Virus record (IMG/VR): IMGVR_UViG_3300030673_000004
Span: 62,001 to 126,000 of that record
DNA length: 64,000 nt
Strand: one strand, 5' to 3'
The first letter of the stretch is position 1. Each line of letters starts with the position of its first letter. The translations under genes and the position numbers were made by a program. Below are positions 36,123 to 45,349 of this stretch, piece by piece. A model generated the notes under the pieces. It ran no database searches. It was given only the letters and a program-made list of their open reading frames with translations, and was not told the origin of the DNA.

Positions 36123-36475
36123 TTTCTTTGAAAGGTTGGTCATGGAAAATGTTGTAGTGGATTCTCCTTGTGAGAAGCTGGCAGATTTTGCGTTAAGTAT
36201 GCTTGAGTTTAATTTCTCTTTAGGTCCGTTTCCTCTTCAAGGTTTGCTTGATCGCGGTATTTATCTTGATGATGTCCTTCGTGATCCTTTGTGTGTTTTT
36301 AATGAACGCTAAGGTGGTGTAGAATGCCAATGTCTGAAGAAGAAATCCGTGAATGGGAAGAAACTCGTGATCTTGAGAAAGAGATCATAGCTGGTGTTGA
36401 TGAGTTCCTTAAGACGGGACCTGCTCGTATTACTCAAGTTCGTCGTGAGATTAAGCAAGAGTCCTAAGAACTAAC

Positions 36476-36547
36476 TGGGGCGTAGTTCAATGGCAGTAAC
36501 AACGGTTTTTGGAGCCGTATATGCAGGTTCGATCCCTGCCACCCCAA
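36476..36547 (+). tRNA. tRNA-Gln(TTG)
   Basis: TGGGGCG/CACCCCA; ACGGT-TTTTGGA-GCCGT. Confidence 0.9.
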
Positions 36548-36562
36548 CTTTTACGTTACTGA

Positions 36563-36633
36563 TGCCCTTTCGTCCAATGGCAAGACACTGCTCTCTGGAA
36601 GCAGCTATCCTCGTTCGAATCGGGGAAGGGCAA
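36563..36633 (+). tRNA. tRNA-Gln(CTG)
   Basis: TGCCCTT/AAGGGCA; CTGCT-CTCTGGA-AGCAG. Confidence 0.92.
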
Positions 36634-36841
36634 TTCTTTTGGTGTGCTGGAATAAGACAGTAAGAGATGGTTATGAGTCAGAGTAGCTGCTGATTACTTA
36701 GCCTGTAAGCTACTGCTACAAAGAAATATTTAGTAGTTTGGATACGGCAGTATGTTCAGCTATCCTACTAGAGCAACGAACGGTATCCTGCCGGGTATTG
36801 GTTTACTTTGTCGAGATGCCTAGCGTGCTGAGGTGTGGGTT

Positions 36842-36914
36842 GGGTTTATAACACAATTGGTTAGTGTAGCGCCCTTTTAAGGCGCGAATCTGAGTTCAAA
36901 CCTCAGTGGACCCA
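36842..36914 (+). tRNA. tRNA-Lys(TTT)
   Basis: GGGTTTA/TGGACCC; GCGCC-CTTTTAA-GGCGC. Confidence 0.92.
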
Positions 36915-37125
36915 TTATTTGTGATTAAGCTACGCAGTGTCTAAGCAGTTAGACAAAATGTGAAAAGATTGGCGCACTTTTGTCGTTAATCTGGAGTAGC
37001 AAGATTAGCGTGCTGTACGTGCGATTGGTATTTAGGATATTACCTATCTTCCTTCCTACTTGTCCGGCTGTTCTTTTCTGTTGGTTTCCTGGGCCAACAT
37101 TAACGTATAACTTAGGTACTTATCT

Positions 37126-37434
37126 ATGGATATCTTAAATAAGCGTATTAGTCCAGAAGCATTTGGGGTATACGTGGGTCGTCCTTCTCGTTGGGGAAAT
37201 CCTTTTGAGATATGTCCTGGAGTAACTAGGGAAGCTGCTTGTTCAGCGTTTGAATCTTGGGCGTTTTCTCCAGAACAAGCATCGTTTCGGGAAGATGTTC
37301 GTCAACATCTTCGAGGTAACAATTTAATTTGTTGGTGCTTTCCTAAACGTTGTCATGCAGAAACGTTACGGAAAATAGCGTTAACAAAAACAGATGCTGA
37401 CTTGTTTAGAGTTGCACCTCTGTTTGGTTTGTAA
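37126..37434 (+). CDS. DUF4326-like protein
   Basis: YVGRPSRWGNPF...LRGNNLICWCFPKRCHAETL. Confidence 0.85.
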   Translation: MDILNKRISPEAFGVYVGRPSRWGNPFEICPGVTREAACSAFESWAFSPEQASFREDVRQHLRGNNLICWCFPKRCHAETLRKIALTKTDADLFRVAPLFGL

Positions 37435-37438
37435 ATGC

Positions 37439-37512
37439 GCCTTGTTAGCTCAATCGGATAGAGCACCTGATTACGAATCAGGAGGTTGAGCGTTCGAATC
37501 GCTCATAAGGCA
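37439..37512 (+). tRNA. tRNA-Arg(ACG)
   Basis: GCCTTGT/ATAAGGC; CCTGA-TTACGAA-TCAGG. Confidence 0.93.
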
Positions 37513-37532
37513 TTTTGTAGGAGGAGGTATAC

Positions 37533-37913
37533 ATGAATCCGAATGGTCGTAAGCGTAAGCCTCGCACAACAGGTGGAGAGATTAGTGGCTTTGCTTTGGA
37601 TTGTCATGGGAATCCTTGGGGATTGAGTCCACGTATTCGACGCAAGCTGAATGCGCGTATCGCTCAAGGTCTCTGTGCCGCTTGTGGAAAGAACCCTTGC
37701 GCGTGTAAATCTTTTCGCGTTGATACTGAAGAGCGTACTTTCTTTTACGGTGAGACGGAGAGGGAACGCCTGCAACGGAAGGTACTTAAGCCCGAACTAC
37801 AAGGCATTAACGGTTGTGATCATTTTCGAGCTGGTGGCTTTGGACAGCGTGACCCGAACGATTTGCCTGCACAATATCTAAGACAGGATCCGCGCACACC
37901 TATAGAGGAATGA
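37533..37913 (+). CDS. Basic hypothetical protein with Cys cluster
   Basis: GGAGG RBS; CAACGKNPCAC. Confidence 0.55.
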   Translation: MNPNGRKRKPRTTGGEISGFALDCHGNPWGLSPRIRRKLNARIAQGLCAACGKNPCACKSFRVDTEERTFFYGETERERLQRKVLKPELQGINGCDHFRAGGFGQRDPNDLPAQYLRQDPRTPIEE

Positions 37914-37916
37914 TAT

Positions 37917-38201
37917 ATGTCAAAAGTAACCGTTGAACAGGCTGTGACTGTTCTAAATGAAGCTCTTGCTTTAGATCCAAAGGCCATAGGTGCCTTACTG
38001 GCTACACGCATTTCCTGTAATGCCGAGTTGTCTGAACATCCAACAGTTCAAGTTTGCGAGGATGCTCCTGGTAAAACTACTGTAGGTATTCTAGGTTTGC
38101 TCAATGGTATTTTTGGTGTTACATCTAAGGGAAATGGTTTTATTAAGGCATCCCTTAGCGATTCTGGTGCTGTAGAATCATTTCATGCTAGTGGTTCCTA
38201 A
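37917..38201 (+). CDS. Hypothetical protein
   Basis: GAGGA RBS; 94 aa. Confidence 0.7.
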   Translation: MSKVTVEQAVTVLNEALALDPKAIGALLATRISCNAELSEHPTVQVCEDAPGKTTVGILGLLNGIFGVTSKGNGFIKASLSDSGAVESFHASGS

Positions 38202-38252
38202 TTACGCTGGTGGAGCTCGATGAGACGGGGATAGCATCATCACTATTACTAC

Positions 38253-38325
38253 TGGCTTGTAGCTCAGTGGATAGAGCAACGGACTTCTAATCCGTGGGTC
38301 GAGAGTTCAAGTCTCTCCAGGCCAA
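38253..38325 (+). tRNA. tRNA-Arg(TCT)
   Basis: TGGCTTG/CAGGCCA; ACGGA-CTTCTAA-TCCGT. Confidence 0.93.
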
Positions 38326-38328
38326 TTT

Positions 38329-38402
38329 GTCTGCATAGCTCAACTGGATAGAGCGCAAGTTTCCTAAATTTGAGGTTGATCGTTCAATTCGATCTGCAGA
38401 CA
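38329..38402 (+). tRNA. tRNA-Arg(CCT)
   Basis: GTCTGCA/TGCAGAC; CAAGT-TTCCTAA-ATTTG. Confidence 0.92.
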
Positions 38403-38450
38403 TGTTTGTAAATTAACGGTAGAGACACTCACTTGGACTGGAGTTAACTA

Positions 38451-39038
38451 GTGACCTACCCGAACGAAAAATATGTTGAAAAGTTTCAAAGCCTGATGCA
38501 CAGTAACCGTGGTCAGGCTTCTGTTGTTTCTGGGATACTGGGTCTCCCTTTAACTCAAGTTATTTATGCTTGTTTTTATTTGCGGGGTTTGCCTACAATT
38601 CTTAGTGATATATTTCCACAAGCTGCTGAGCGTGATACGTCAGGTATTGATTTTTACTGGGAATTCACAGATGAGCATAAATCTGTTCTTTCTACATTTT
38701 ATCTTGAATCTGGATTTAAGCGTAATGATATATGTACATTTTTTAATATAGCTCGTGGTAGTGCTACATCTTTTTTCTCGCGACAATTAGGTACTTTGCG
38801 TAAGCAAGGTAACGCCTACATGACAGATGATCACAAGATTATTCGGCATAAGTTAGCTTTTGATATGAGAATAGCCTTTACAGATTTGATTGATAGGTTA
38901 TCTTTATTAGAAACCGCTGCTGAGCGGGCTAGTAATGCAACACATGCATCTGACGTAGTTGTTACTCCTGATGCACCAGCAGTACCTAAGCAGAAGTCTT
39001 GGTATTCGCGATTCTTGGAGGTTATTCATGTACGATGA
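38451..39038 (+). CDS. Hypothetical protein (possible HTH)
   Basis: TGGAG RBS with GTG start; GFKRNDICTFFNIARGSA is HTH-like. Confidence 0.6.
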   Translation: MTYPNEKYVEKFQSLMHSNRGQASVVSGILGLPLTQVIYACFYLRGLPTILSDIFPQAAERDTSGIDFYWEFTDEHKSVLSTFYLESGFKRNDICTFFNIARGSATSFFSRQLGTLRKQGNAYMTDDHKIIRHKLAFDMRIAFTDLIDRLSLLETAAERASNATHASDVVVTPDAPAVPKQKSWYSRFLEVIHVR

Positions 39039-39267
39039 TATTAAGGCCAAGGTACTATCCTTGGCCTCTGATGTTTCTGGGATGCCTGAGGAGACTATTC
39101 GTAAAAGTGGTTACTTATGTAACGTCATGGAGTATGAAGTTTACATACAGCTACTTCCTGTTTTAGAAGCATTTTTTCATATTAAGTACGATATGCGTAA
39201 GTATGAAATAGATAGCATTGAGGGCTTGTGTCTTTTGACGCGGGATTTGATTTTGATACCCGCTTAA
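39028..39267 (+). CDS. Small protein with acyl-carrier-like N-terminus
   Basis: GGAGG RBS; MYDDIKAKVLSLASDVSG loosely ACP-like but lacks the DSL motif. Confidence 0.55.
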   Translation: MYDDIKAKVLSLASDVSGMPEETIRKSGYLCNVMEYEVYIQLLPVLEAFFHIKYDMRKYEIDSIEGLCLLTRDLILIPA

Positions 39268-39281
39268 CGTAAATTTAATCT

Positions 39282-39911
39282 ATGATTTTCACACAAGCTA
39301 TTTTAGACCTACAGACAGCCTTGCGTGCTGCTGGTTATCATGTTGAAGAGACACCTGCTGAGTCTTCTGGGTGGCTTGCCTATTTGCCGGATCGGGATAC
39401 GACATTAAAGTGCTGTCATAGCAGTGGTAAACCACCTGCTCTATGCATTACAGCCGATGATATCCAGCTTCCGACTACTTCTTACAAGGCTGCTACCTTC
39501 TCTATTCGTGGGCAGGCTGGTGAGTCGGAAGATACATGGATGCAGATTCAGGTATACAGTGTAGCCTTTAAGGCACCTGACGATGTCATGCGTGCTATTC
39601 CGCTCTCTGCTGAATTGTGCCGTTCTGCGTGGAATGCTGTCGTAACTGCTGTAACTCCCGTTTTGCCCGTTCAGGATACATCTATCTGTTATGACGATTA
39701 TCCTGATGTTGTATATGATGAGTGTTTTAATTCTTATCGTAAACCGCGACAATGTACACTTGGTTTTGACTTGGCTCTCCCTAGTAGTTGTACTGAGTGC
39801 CACAAACCTCTACTTTGGAATCGTCCCACTAATAGGCGTCCACCTCATTTGCCATTTTGTAGTAAGGTTTGTGCTTCGAACTTTAATGGTCATGATTTTG
39901 GGCGCAGATAA
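39282..39911 (+). CDS. Hypothetical protein with C-terminal Cys4 zinc finger
   Basis: CTECHKPLLW...PFCSKVC. Confidence 0.65.
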   Translation: MIFTQAILDLQTALRAAGYHVEETPAESSGWLAYLPDRDTTLKCCHSSGKPPALCITADDIQLPTTSYKAATFSIRGQAGESEDTWMQIQVYSVAFKAPDDVMRAIPLSAELCRSAWNAVVTAVTPVLPVQDTSICYDDYPDVVYDECFNSYRKPRQCTLGFDLALPSSCTECHKPLLWNRPTNRRPPHLPFCSKVCASNFNGHDFGRR

Positions 39912-39917
39912 GCATTT

Positions 39918-40133
39918 GTGTTTTTTGACGATAGGAAATATATGCTTGAATTCAAAACTGCTGCTGAGGAAGCTGCCTATTATGAACGCGAGAAGATACA
40001 GAAAGCCTTAATGGGCTTAGATCTTGATCGTTCTGTTTCTGTGATTATGCGAGACGTGCTGGTTAAACTGCACGGCAAGATAAATCCAGCGTCTGTTCAA
40101 AAGTATTTAGTGACAGAGTTGGGTATACTGTAA
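39918..40133 (+). CDS. Small hypothetical protein (weak GatB/YqeY C-terminal resemblance)
   Basis: VIMRDVLVKLHGKINPASVQKYL. Confidence 0.45.
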   Translation: MFFDDRKYMLEFKTAAEEAAYYEREKIQKALMGLDLDRSVSVIMRDVLVKLHGKINPASVQKYLVTELGIL

Positions 40134-40433
40134 GTGCTTGGTTTGCTCTTCTGTGATCTAAAGTTTTGTTTTTTGTAGAAAACTCTTGCATCTGTCTAAA
40201 TTTTGTTGTATACTTCTTTCTGTAGACACGACCTTGTGTCTCAGCACACTTTACTAGATAAAAGAAAATGACTCTCTCACATCCAACAGTCCCGACAATG
40301 CATCTAAGCTCCTGGCTTATGTTGCTATCGTTTATGCTGTTTATTTGTGTGAGTCCTTCATTTTCTTGTTGATCTAGCTAACCTAGTCATCTAAGAAGAA
40401 AGAGGGAGCCTCACACAAGCCTCCCTCCCAACT

Positions 40434-40505
40434 GACGTTGTGGTTGAGTGGCTTAAACAGCAGTCTGCAAAACTGTCTACGCGGGTTCGAATCCCGCCAA
40501 CGTCT
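40434..40505 (+). tRNA. tRNA-Cys(GCA)
   Basis: GACGTTG/CAACGTC U73; GCAGT-CTGCAAA-ACTGT. Confidence 0.93.
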
Positions 40506-40561
40506 TGCGAGATATCCGAGATATCTTATTACAATTTAGGTTACATAGTAACCTTCCGGGT

Positions 40562-40634
40562 GTGGCCGTAGCTCAATTGGTAGAGCTTCTGTTTGTGGAA
40601 CAGACGGTTATGGGTTCAAATCCCATCGGTCACC
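40562..40634 (+). tRNA. tRNA-His(GTG)
   Basis: GTGGCCG/CGGTCAC C73; TCTGT-TTGTGGA-ACAGA; the genomic -1 base is T, not G. Confidence 0.9.
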
Positions 40635-40687
40635 TGATACGGGAGTATCGTCTTTGACATTTTTGACTCTGTTTGGAGTTAGTGTTT

Positions 40688-40769
40688 GCGCAGATGGTGA
40701 AACTGGTAACCACGTTCGTTTCAGAGGCGAATGGAGCAATCCTTGAGGGTTCAAGTCCCTCTCTGTGCA
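40688..40769 (+). tRNA. tRNA-Leu(CAG)
   Basis: GCGCAGA/TCTGTGC A; loop TTCAGAG; variable arm GGA-GCAA-TCC. Confidence 0.92.
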
Positions 40770-40779
40770 ATCTAGATAT

Positions 40780-40851
40780 GCCCTCGTAGCTGAGGTGGTT
40801 TAGCGCTGGACTGAAAATCCGGGTACATTGGTTCGATTCCAATCGTGGGCA
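40780..40851 (+). tRNA. tRNA-Phe(GAA)
   Basis: CTGGA-CTGAAAA-TCCGG; ATTGG-TTCGATT-CCAAT. Confidence 0.92.
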
Positions 40852-40860
40852 CTTGTTACT

Positions 40861-40942
40861 GCGGAGATGGTGAAATTGGTAACCACGCTGCCCTAAGAAG
40901 GCGGTGGAGCAATCCTTGAGGGTTCAAGTCCCTCTTTCCGCA
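40861..40942 (+). tRNA. tRNA-Leu(AAG)
   Basis: GCGGAGA/TTTCCGC A; CTGCC-CTAAGAA-GGCGG; body nearly identical to Leu(CAG) at 40688. Confidence 0.92.
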
Positions 40943-40953
40943 CTTGTTGTGAT

Positions 40954-41027
40954 AGACGTGTAGCTCAATTGGCTAGAGTTGCAGACTCCAAATCTGCCGG
41001 ATGTAGGTTCAACTCCTACTGCGTCTG
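40954..41027 (+). tRNA. tRNA-Trp(CCA)
   Basis: AGACGTG/TGCGTCT G73; GCAGA-CTCCAAA-TCTGC. Confidence 0.92.
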
Positions 41028-41083
41028 TTTTATTGTAAATGAAGTCTTGCCAGGTGTCTGGCGTCTTCTTAACTTAGGAATGT

Positions 41084-42331
41084 ATGCCTGATACAAAAGT
41101 TGCTTTGCATGTAGAAATTCCTGATGATATTCTGAAGTTGATCCAAGGTAAAGCAAACATATTGATTCATGGTCGTGCTGGTACAGGTAAGTCAACTATT
41201 TTGCGAGCAATAACTGCTAAATACCAAAATAGTGTTGTTTTGTCTCCTACGGGCATAGCAGCATTAAATGTGGGTGGTCAAACGATTCATTCATTTTTTG
41301 GTTTAGGCTTTGGTTTTCTGCAGCCTAAAGATGTGCGTTCTTGCTATCGTCAAAAATCCGTGCTGGAGAAGCATCCGATCATTATTATTGATGAAGTATC
41401 TATGGTACGCTCTGATGTCTTTACCGCGATAGACGTAGCCTTAAGGAAGACTCTTGGTGTTAAGCGTCCTTTTGGTGGCCTTCAGGTAATACTGCTTGGT
41501 GATACAGGTCAACTACCTCCTGTTGTTGTTTCAAACGAAAAAGCATTCTTTCCTGATGGAACATCTATGTTTTTTCGTTCTCAGTCTTTTGCCGATGCTC
41601 TTTTTGAGCATGTTGAACTAAACCATGTGTATAGGCAGACACATGCCGGGTTTATTGAGTTTTTGACCCGTATTAGGAATCTGTCTGTGACTCCTCGTGA
41701 CATGCACGATTTTAATGCACGTGTTTCTGTGTGTAATACAGAAGAGTCTTTAGGTGATCATATAATTCTATGTTTAACCAATAGAGCTGCCGAAGAGGTG
41801 AATGCTTCTAGATATCAAGAAATCCAATCTCCTGAGCATGTGTATCATGCAAACATCACAGGTTCTATAGCTGAAAGGGATTTTCCTACAGCCGAGTCCT
41901 TGAGATTGAAATGTGGCACTAAAGTGCTGATGCTTAGAAATGATAGTGATGGTCGTTGGGTTAATGGTACCATGGCTGTTGTTAGTAAGCTTTTGCCTCG
42001 TCAGATCTGGGTGACGATAAAAGGTAAGGAACATGAAGTTACTAAAGAAGTTTGGGAGAAGTTTAAGTACGACGTATCTGGTCAGGCTATACGTAAAACA
42101 GTAGCGGGGTCATTTGAACAATTTCCCTTGAAGCTTGCTTGGGCAATTACGGTACATAAGTCGCAAGGTATGACTTTAAGTCGTTTTCATTTGGATTTAA
42201 GTACTCCTCCTTTTGAGCACGGGCAACTTTACGTGGCCCTATCGCGTGCTGAGGGTCTTGATAGTATCTCATTGTCCCGTGCTCTTGAGATGACTGATGT
42301 AAAAGTTGATCGTGACTTGCTTTTAACCTAA
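41084..42331 (+). CDS. PIF1/RecD-like SF1B helicase
   Basis: GRAGTGKS, SPTGIAA, GQTIHSFF, IIDEVSM, GDTGQLPPV, YRQ, LRNDS..WVNG, QFPLKLAWAITVHKSQG, GQLYVALSR. Confidence 0.95.
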   Translation: MPDTKVALHVEIPDDILKLIQGKANILIHGRAGTGKSTILRAITAKYQNSVVLSPTGIAALNVGGQTIHSFFGLGFGFLQPKDVRSCYRQKSVLEKHPIIIIDEVSMVRSDVFTAIDVALRKTLGVKRPFGGLQVILLGDTGQLPPVVVSNEKAFFPDGTSMFFRSQSFADALFEHVELNHVYRQTHAGFIEFLTRIRNLSVTPRDMHDFNARVSVCNTEESLGDHIILCLTNRAAEEVNASRYQEIQSPEHVYHANITGSIAERDFPTAESLRLKCGTKVLMLRNDSDGRWVNGTMAVVSKLLPRQIWVTIKGKEHEVTKEVWEKFKYDVSGQAIRKTVAGSFEQFPLKLAWAITVHKSQGMTLSRFHLDLSTPPFEHGQLYVALSRAEGLDSISLSRALEMTDVKVDRDLLLT

Positions 42332-42349
42332 TTTTAGTTTGGAGTAACT

Positions 42350-42559
42350 ATGTCAGTTGAATTTATCTATGAAGAAGGATGTCTTCAGGCTGAAGAGGAA
42401 ATCATTTCTGAAGTACGTGAAATTCTACGTGCTCGGGTGAAGGCAGAGGCTATTAAGTCTGATGCCCGAGATGCCAAAAATAGACTTGTTGTTAAGAAAG
42501 AACATGTTCCTGATCTATCTAAGATAGGTTCTCATCTATTTGACGTGATTTGCTTGTAA
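42350..42559 (+). CDS. Small hypothetical protein
   Basis: GGAG RBS; 69 aa. Confidence 0.65.
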   Translation: MSVEFIYEEGCLQAEEEIISEVREILRARVKAEAIKSDARDAKNRLVVKKEHVPDLSKIGSHLFDVICL

Positions 42560-42572
42560 ATTTTAGACTTAA

Positions 42573-42645
42573 CGGGATGTAGCTCAACTGGTAGAGTACC
42601 TGCTTTGGGAGCAGGTTGTTGCAGGTTCAAATCCTGTCATCCCGA
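42573..42645 (+). tRNA. tRNA-Pro(TGG)
   Basis: CGGGATG/CATCCCG A; CCTGC-TTTGGGA-GCAGG. Confidence 0.93.
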
Positions 42646-42708
42646 CTTTTCTGGAGGTGCTTGTTTGTATTTTGATCTTACTTGGTAAATTGTTTTATAT
42701 TGGGTTAT

Positions 42709-42791
42709 GCCTAGGTGGTGGAATTTGGTAGACACATGCGCCTTAGGAGCGCACGCCGCGAGGTATGAGGGTTCAAGTCCCTCCCTGGGTA
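42709..42791 (+). tRNA. tRNA-Leu(TAG)
   Basis: GCCTAGG/CCTGGGT A; TGCGC-CTTAGGA-GCGCA. Confidence 0.93.
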
Positions 42792-42808
42792 CTCGTTGAA
42801 AGGATACA

Positions 42809-43414
42809 TTGATGCCTGATGATGTGTTTGACACTACAGAGACGCTGGTAATTAATTTATTCGGCGGTCCTTGTTCCGGTAAGTCTACGCTAGCTGCTCA
42901 ACTCTTTAGTTCTCTGAAAGCTCGTGGCGTGTCTTGCGAGTATAACGTGGAATACGCTAAGCGAAAAACGTGGGAGCGCTCCTTGTTTATGCTTCAGGAT
43001 CAATTTTACGTATCGGCAAAACAGCATCATGAGCTCCTTATGGCATCACAGGGATGTTCTGTTATTGTCACAGATTCTCCTTTGATTCTTGGTGCTGCCT
43101 ATATGTCTCCTCGGGATGCTGAATCTGGCTTAGCTGATACTCTTTGTCAGTATTCTCGTCTCTTCAAGAACTTCAACGTTTTCCTTGATAGATCCACACT
43201 TAAATACGATACTGTTGGTAGAAATCAAGAATATACTGAAGCCATTGCGTTGGATCGTAGAATCTTACAAATCCTTCATGATTATCCTATAATGGCTGGC
43301 TGTCCTTGGACAAATGCTGAAGGTATCGCTATGGTCCTTACAAATAATAAAACACCTCCTGAACTGGCTGCTCATGTGATAAATACTTTGAGTACCTATG
43401 GTGTGATTTTGTAA
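42809..43414 (+). CDS. P-loop kinase (NadR/AAA_28-like)
   Basis: INLFGGPCSGKST, EYAK, IVTDSPL, GRNQ. Confidence 0.85.
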   Translation: MMPDDVFDTTETLVINLFGGPCSGKSTLAAQLFSSLKARGVSCEYNVEYAKRKTWERSLFMLQDQFYVSAKQHHELLMASQGCSVIVTDSPLILGAAYMSPRDAESGLADTLCQYSRLFKNFNVFLDRSTLKYDTVGRNQEYTEAIALDRRILQILHDYPIMAGCPWTNAEGIAMVLTNNKTPPELAAHVINTLSTYGVIL

Positions 43415-43443
43415 ATAGTTTGTGTTTGAGTTTGGAGGAACAT

Positions 43444-43713
43444 ATGCCTGATGTATCTGTTGGTGTTGCGATAACATTGAAAATTGGAGATAGCTCGTTT
43501 GAACTATCTAGAGATGATGCTTTAGCTGTATATACTACTCTTGGGGCTGCTCTAGGTATTCCTGCTGTGCAAAGTTCCCTGCCTGCTTTTGCTCCCTGTA
43601 CAACTCCTTGGAAGTATCCTATGTATCCTGCGCCGTATTCGCCGGATATTGTTTATACTACTGCAGGTCCTGTAACTGTATCTGTGTCCGCTCCTGTGAT
43701 GCAGCAAGATTAG
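43444..43713 (+). CDS. Hypothetical protein
   Basis: GGAGG RBS; 89 aa. Confidence 0.6.
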   Translation: MPDVSVGVAITLKIGDSSFELSRDDALAVYTTLGAALGIPAVQSSLPAFAPCTTPWKYPMYPAPYSPDIVYTTAGPVTVSVSAPVMQQD

Positions 43714-43723
43714 TTTTGAGTTT

Positions 43724-43806
43724 GGAGGGATAGGCTAATTGGTAAGTCAGTTCTCTTGAAAAGAACCGTCCTAACGGACTTGGGGGTTCGAGACCCTCTC
43801 CCTCCG
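43724..43806 (+). tRNA. tRNA-Ser(TGA)
   Basis: GGAGGGA/TCCCTCC G73; GTTCT-CTTGAAA-AGAAC; variable arm GTCC-TAAC-GGAC. Confidence 0.93.
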
Positions 43807-43874
43807 CTGTAAGTAGCTTGATTCGAAGAGTTTCAATAGTACCTATTGGTTATGTAAAGTTATAACATCTTATT

Positions 43875-44081
43875 ATGGTTACTTCCTTTTTGATTTTCAA
43901 ATTGTGGTTGGCTCCTCTATCCGTTAATTCAGATGATGCTTTTGGAGCTAAGCTTACATTACAAGTTGGTTCAGATCTGTGGTTAAAGGTTCGTGTGAAA
44001 GATGAGGGTGTTGATCTGAATAAACTGCAGCTCAAAGATGGCACACCTAAATTTCGCTTCTGGGCAGAAACGGATTTTTAG
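43875..44081 (+). CDS. Small hypothetical protein
   Basis: 68-aa ORF between tRNAs; start uncertain. Confidence 0.4.
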   Translation: MVTSFLIFKLWLAPLSVNSDDAFGAKLTLQVGSDLWLKVRVKDEGVDLNKLQLKDGTPKFRFWAETDF

Positions 44082-44138
44082 TATGGTTTATATCAGTATT
44101 GAAGAAACACCAATAGAATTACTCGATGCTTTAGATGA

Positions 44139-44333
44139 ATGCTTTTGGGATATTTTAGCATGACGGCTACTCTCCAAAATATAAAGTATTGGTTGATCTA
44201 TTCTTCTGTGATTTTTATTTTGCTTTTAGGTTTGTTGCACTATTTAGATATCTTGAGCCTTTTAGGCATATCTGTTGTTCTCAGGTACTTGTGCGGTATT
44301 TGCAATAGTATTTATAGGAATACCTGTCGTTAG
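44139..44333 (+). CDS. Small hydrophobic protein
   Basis: 64 aa, two hydrophobic stretches. Confidence 0.4.
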   Translation: MLLGYFSMTATLQNIKYWLIYSSVIFILLLGLLHYLDILSLLGISVVLRYLCGICNSIYRNTCR

Positions 44334-44338
44334 CCTTT

Positions 44339-44421
44339 GGAGAAGTCGCTCAATTGGTAGAGCAGCACTCTCGAAAAGTGCCGTCCTAACGGATCTGTGG
44401 GTTCAAGTCCCTCCTTCTCCG
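44339..44421 (+). tRNA. tRNA-Ser(CGA)
   Basis: GGAGAAG/CTTCTCC G73; GCACT-CTCGAAA-AGTGC. Confidence 0.93.
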
Positions 44422-44545
44422 CTCTGTGTGCCAAAGGTGCTATCCACGCATTTTCGACATATTTTGTGTTTTTGCCTTGACAAGCCTACATGTTTACTCT
44501 ATTTTTCAAGTATCGTTCACCCTAACCTTACTCGAAAGTTGGTTC

Positions 44546-45226
44546 ATGTACGCTGCTAAGGTAGTTAAACTTGATTTGGATAATGCTGGTATTCGTGTTA
44601 TCCCGTGGGAAGAGGCGGAGAGGCTGCAGGTTGCTATGAAGGAGCAGTTTGGTACTTCCTTGCGTGGCTTTTCTCATATTTCAAAGAAAGCCTGTCCTAC
44701 ATTGGAGACGATGTGCTCTTTGAAGCTGTCGTGTGGCACCGTGAGCATCCCCTTTGCTTCTGTGCCTGAGTTGTACGAGCATATCACCCGAGCTGTTGAT
44801 CGCAAGACTTGGAAGCATCGGTCTACTAAGGAACTCCTGAAAGACTCTAAGTGGCGTGCTGCTCATCCGGAGCGTGTTAAGAGTCTTAACACCTCATTAC
44901 GCAGCGAACACACTGCTGTCGTTACAACCGCTCCTACTCAGACGGCTGCTGACTCTACACCAAGGGCCGACGTTCTGTCTCTGGCTACTGCTATTAGCGA
45001 CTCAGGAACATCCGCTCTTTTTGATGCCCTGTCTCGTTCTGAGCAGGAACGTCTTGTTTTTGTTGTGTACAAGACGGGTGCTTATACCTATGATGGTCTT
45101 GCTGAGTACCTCCATGTGTCTACTCAGGTGATCAAGAACAACCTGTGTCAGTATAGGAAGCATCACGGTATTCCCCCTCTGCCATCTGGAAAGAAATCTA
45201 TGAATGTTCTTTCGCTGAACATTTAA
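44546..45226 (+). CDS. Hypothetical protein with C-terminal HTH, paralog A
   Basis: Start re-set to MYAAKVVKLDLDNAG; GAYTYDGLAEYLHVSTQVIK HTH. Confidence 0.75.
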   Translation: MYAAKVVKLDLDNAGIRVIPWEEAERLQVAMKEQFGTSLRGFSHISKKACPTLETMCSLKLSCGTVSIPFASVPELYEHITRAVDRKTWKHRSTKELLKDSKWRAAHPERVKSLNTSLRSEHTAVVTTAPTQTAADSTPRADVLSLATAISDSGTSALFDALSRSEQERLVFVVYKTGAYTYDGLAEYLHVSTQVIKNNLCQYRKHHGIPPLPSGKKSMNVLSLNI

Positions 45227-45232
45227 GTCGTT

Positions 45233-45319
45233 GGAAGCGTAAAGCGTAATTGGTTGACCGCCCTGGTTTAGAAAACCAGTATCCGAAAGGGTTTGTAGGT
45301 TCGAGTCCTACCGCTTCCG
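45233..45319 (+). tRNA. tRNA-Ser(AGA)
   Basis: GGAAGCG/CGCTTCC G73; CTGGT-TTAGAAA-ACCAG; variable arm ATCC-GAAA-GGGT. Confidence 0.9.
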
Positions 45320-45349
45320 TTTTTAATTCACCTGAACTTGAGGTATCAG

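Noticed and set aside
37651-37881. Alternative-frame ORF inside the 37533 gene
   Set aside because: No RBS; the 37533 frame has a strong GGAGG and spans the region.
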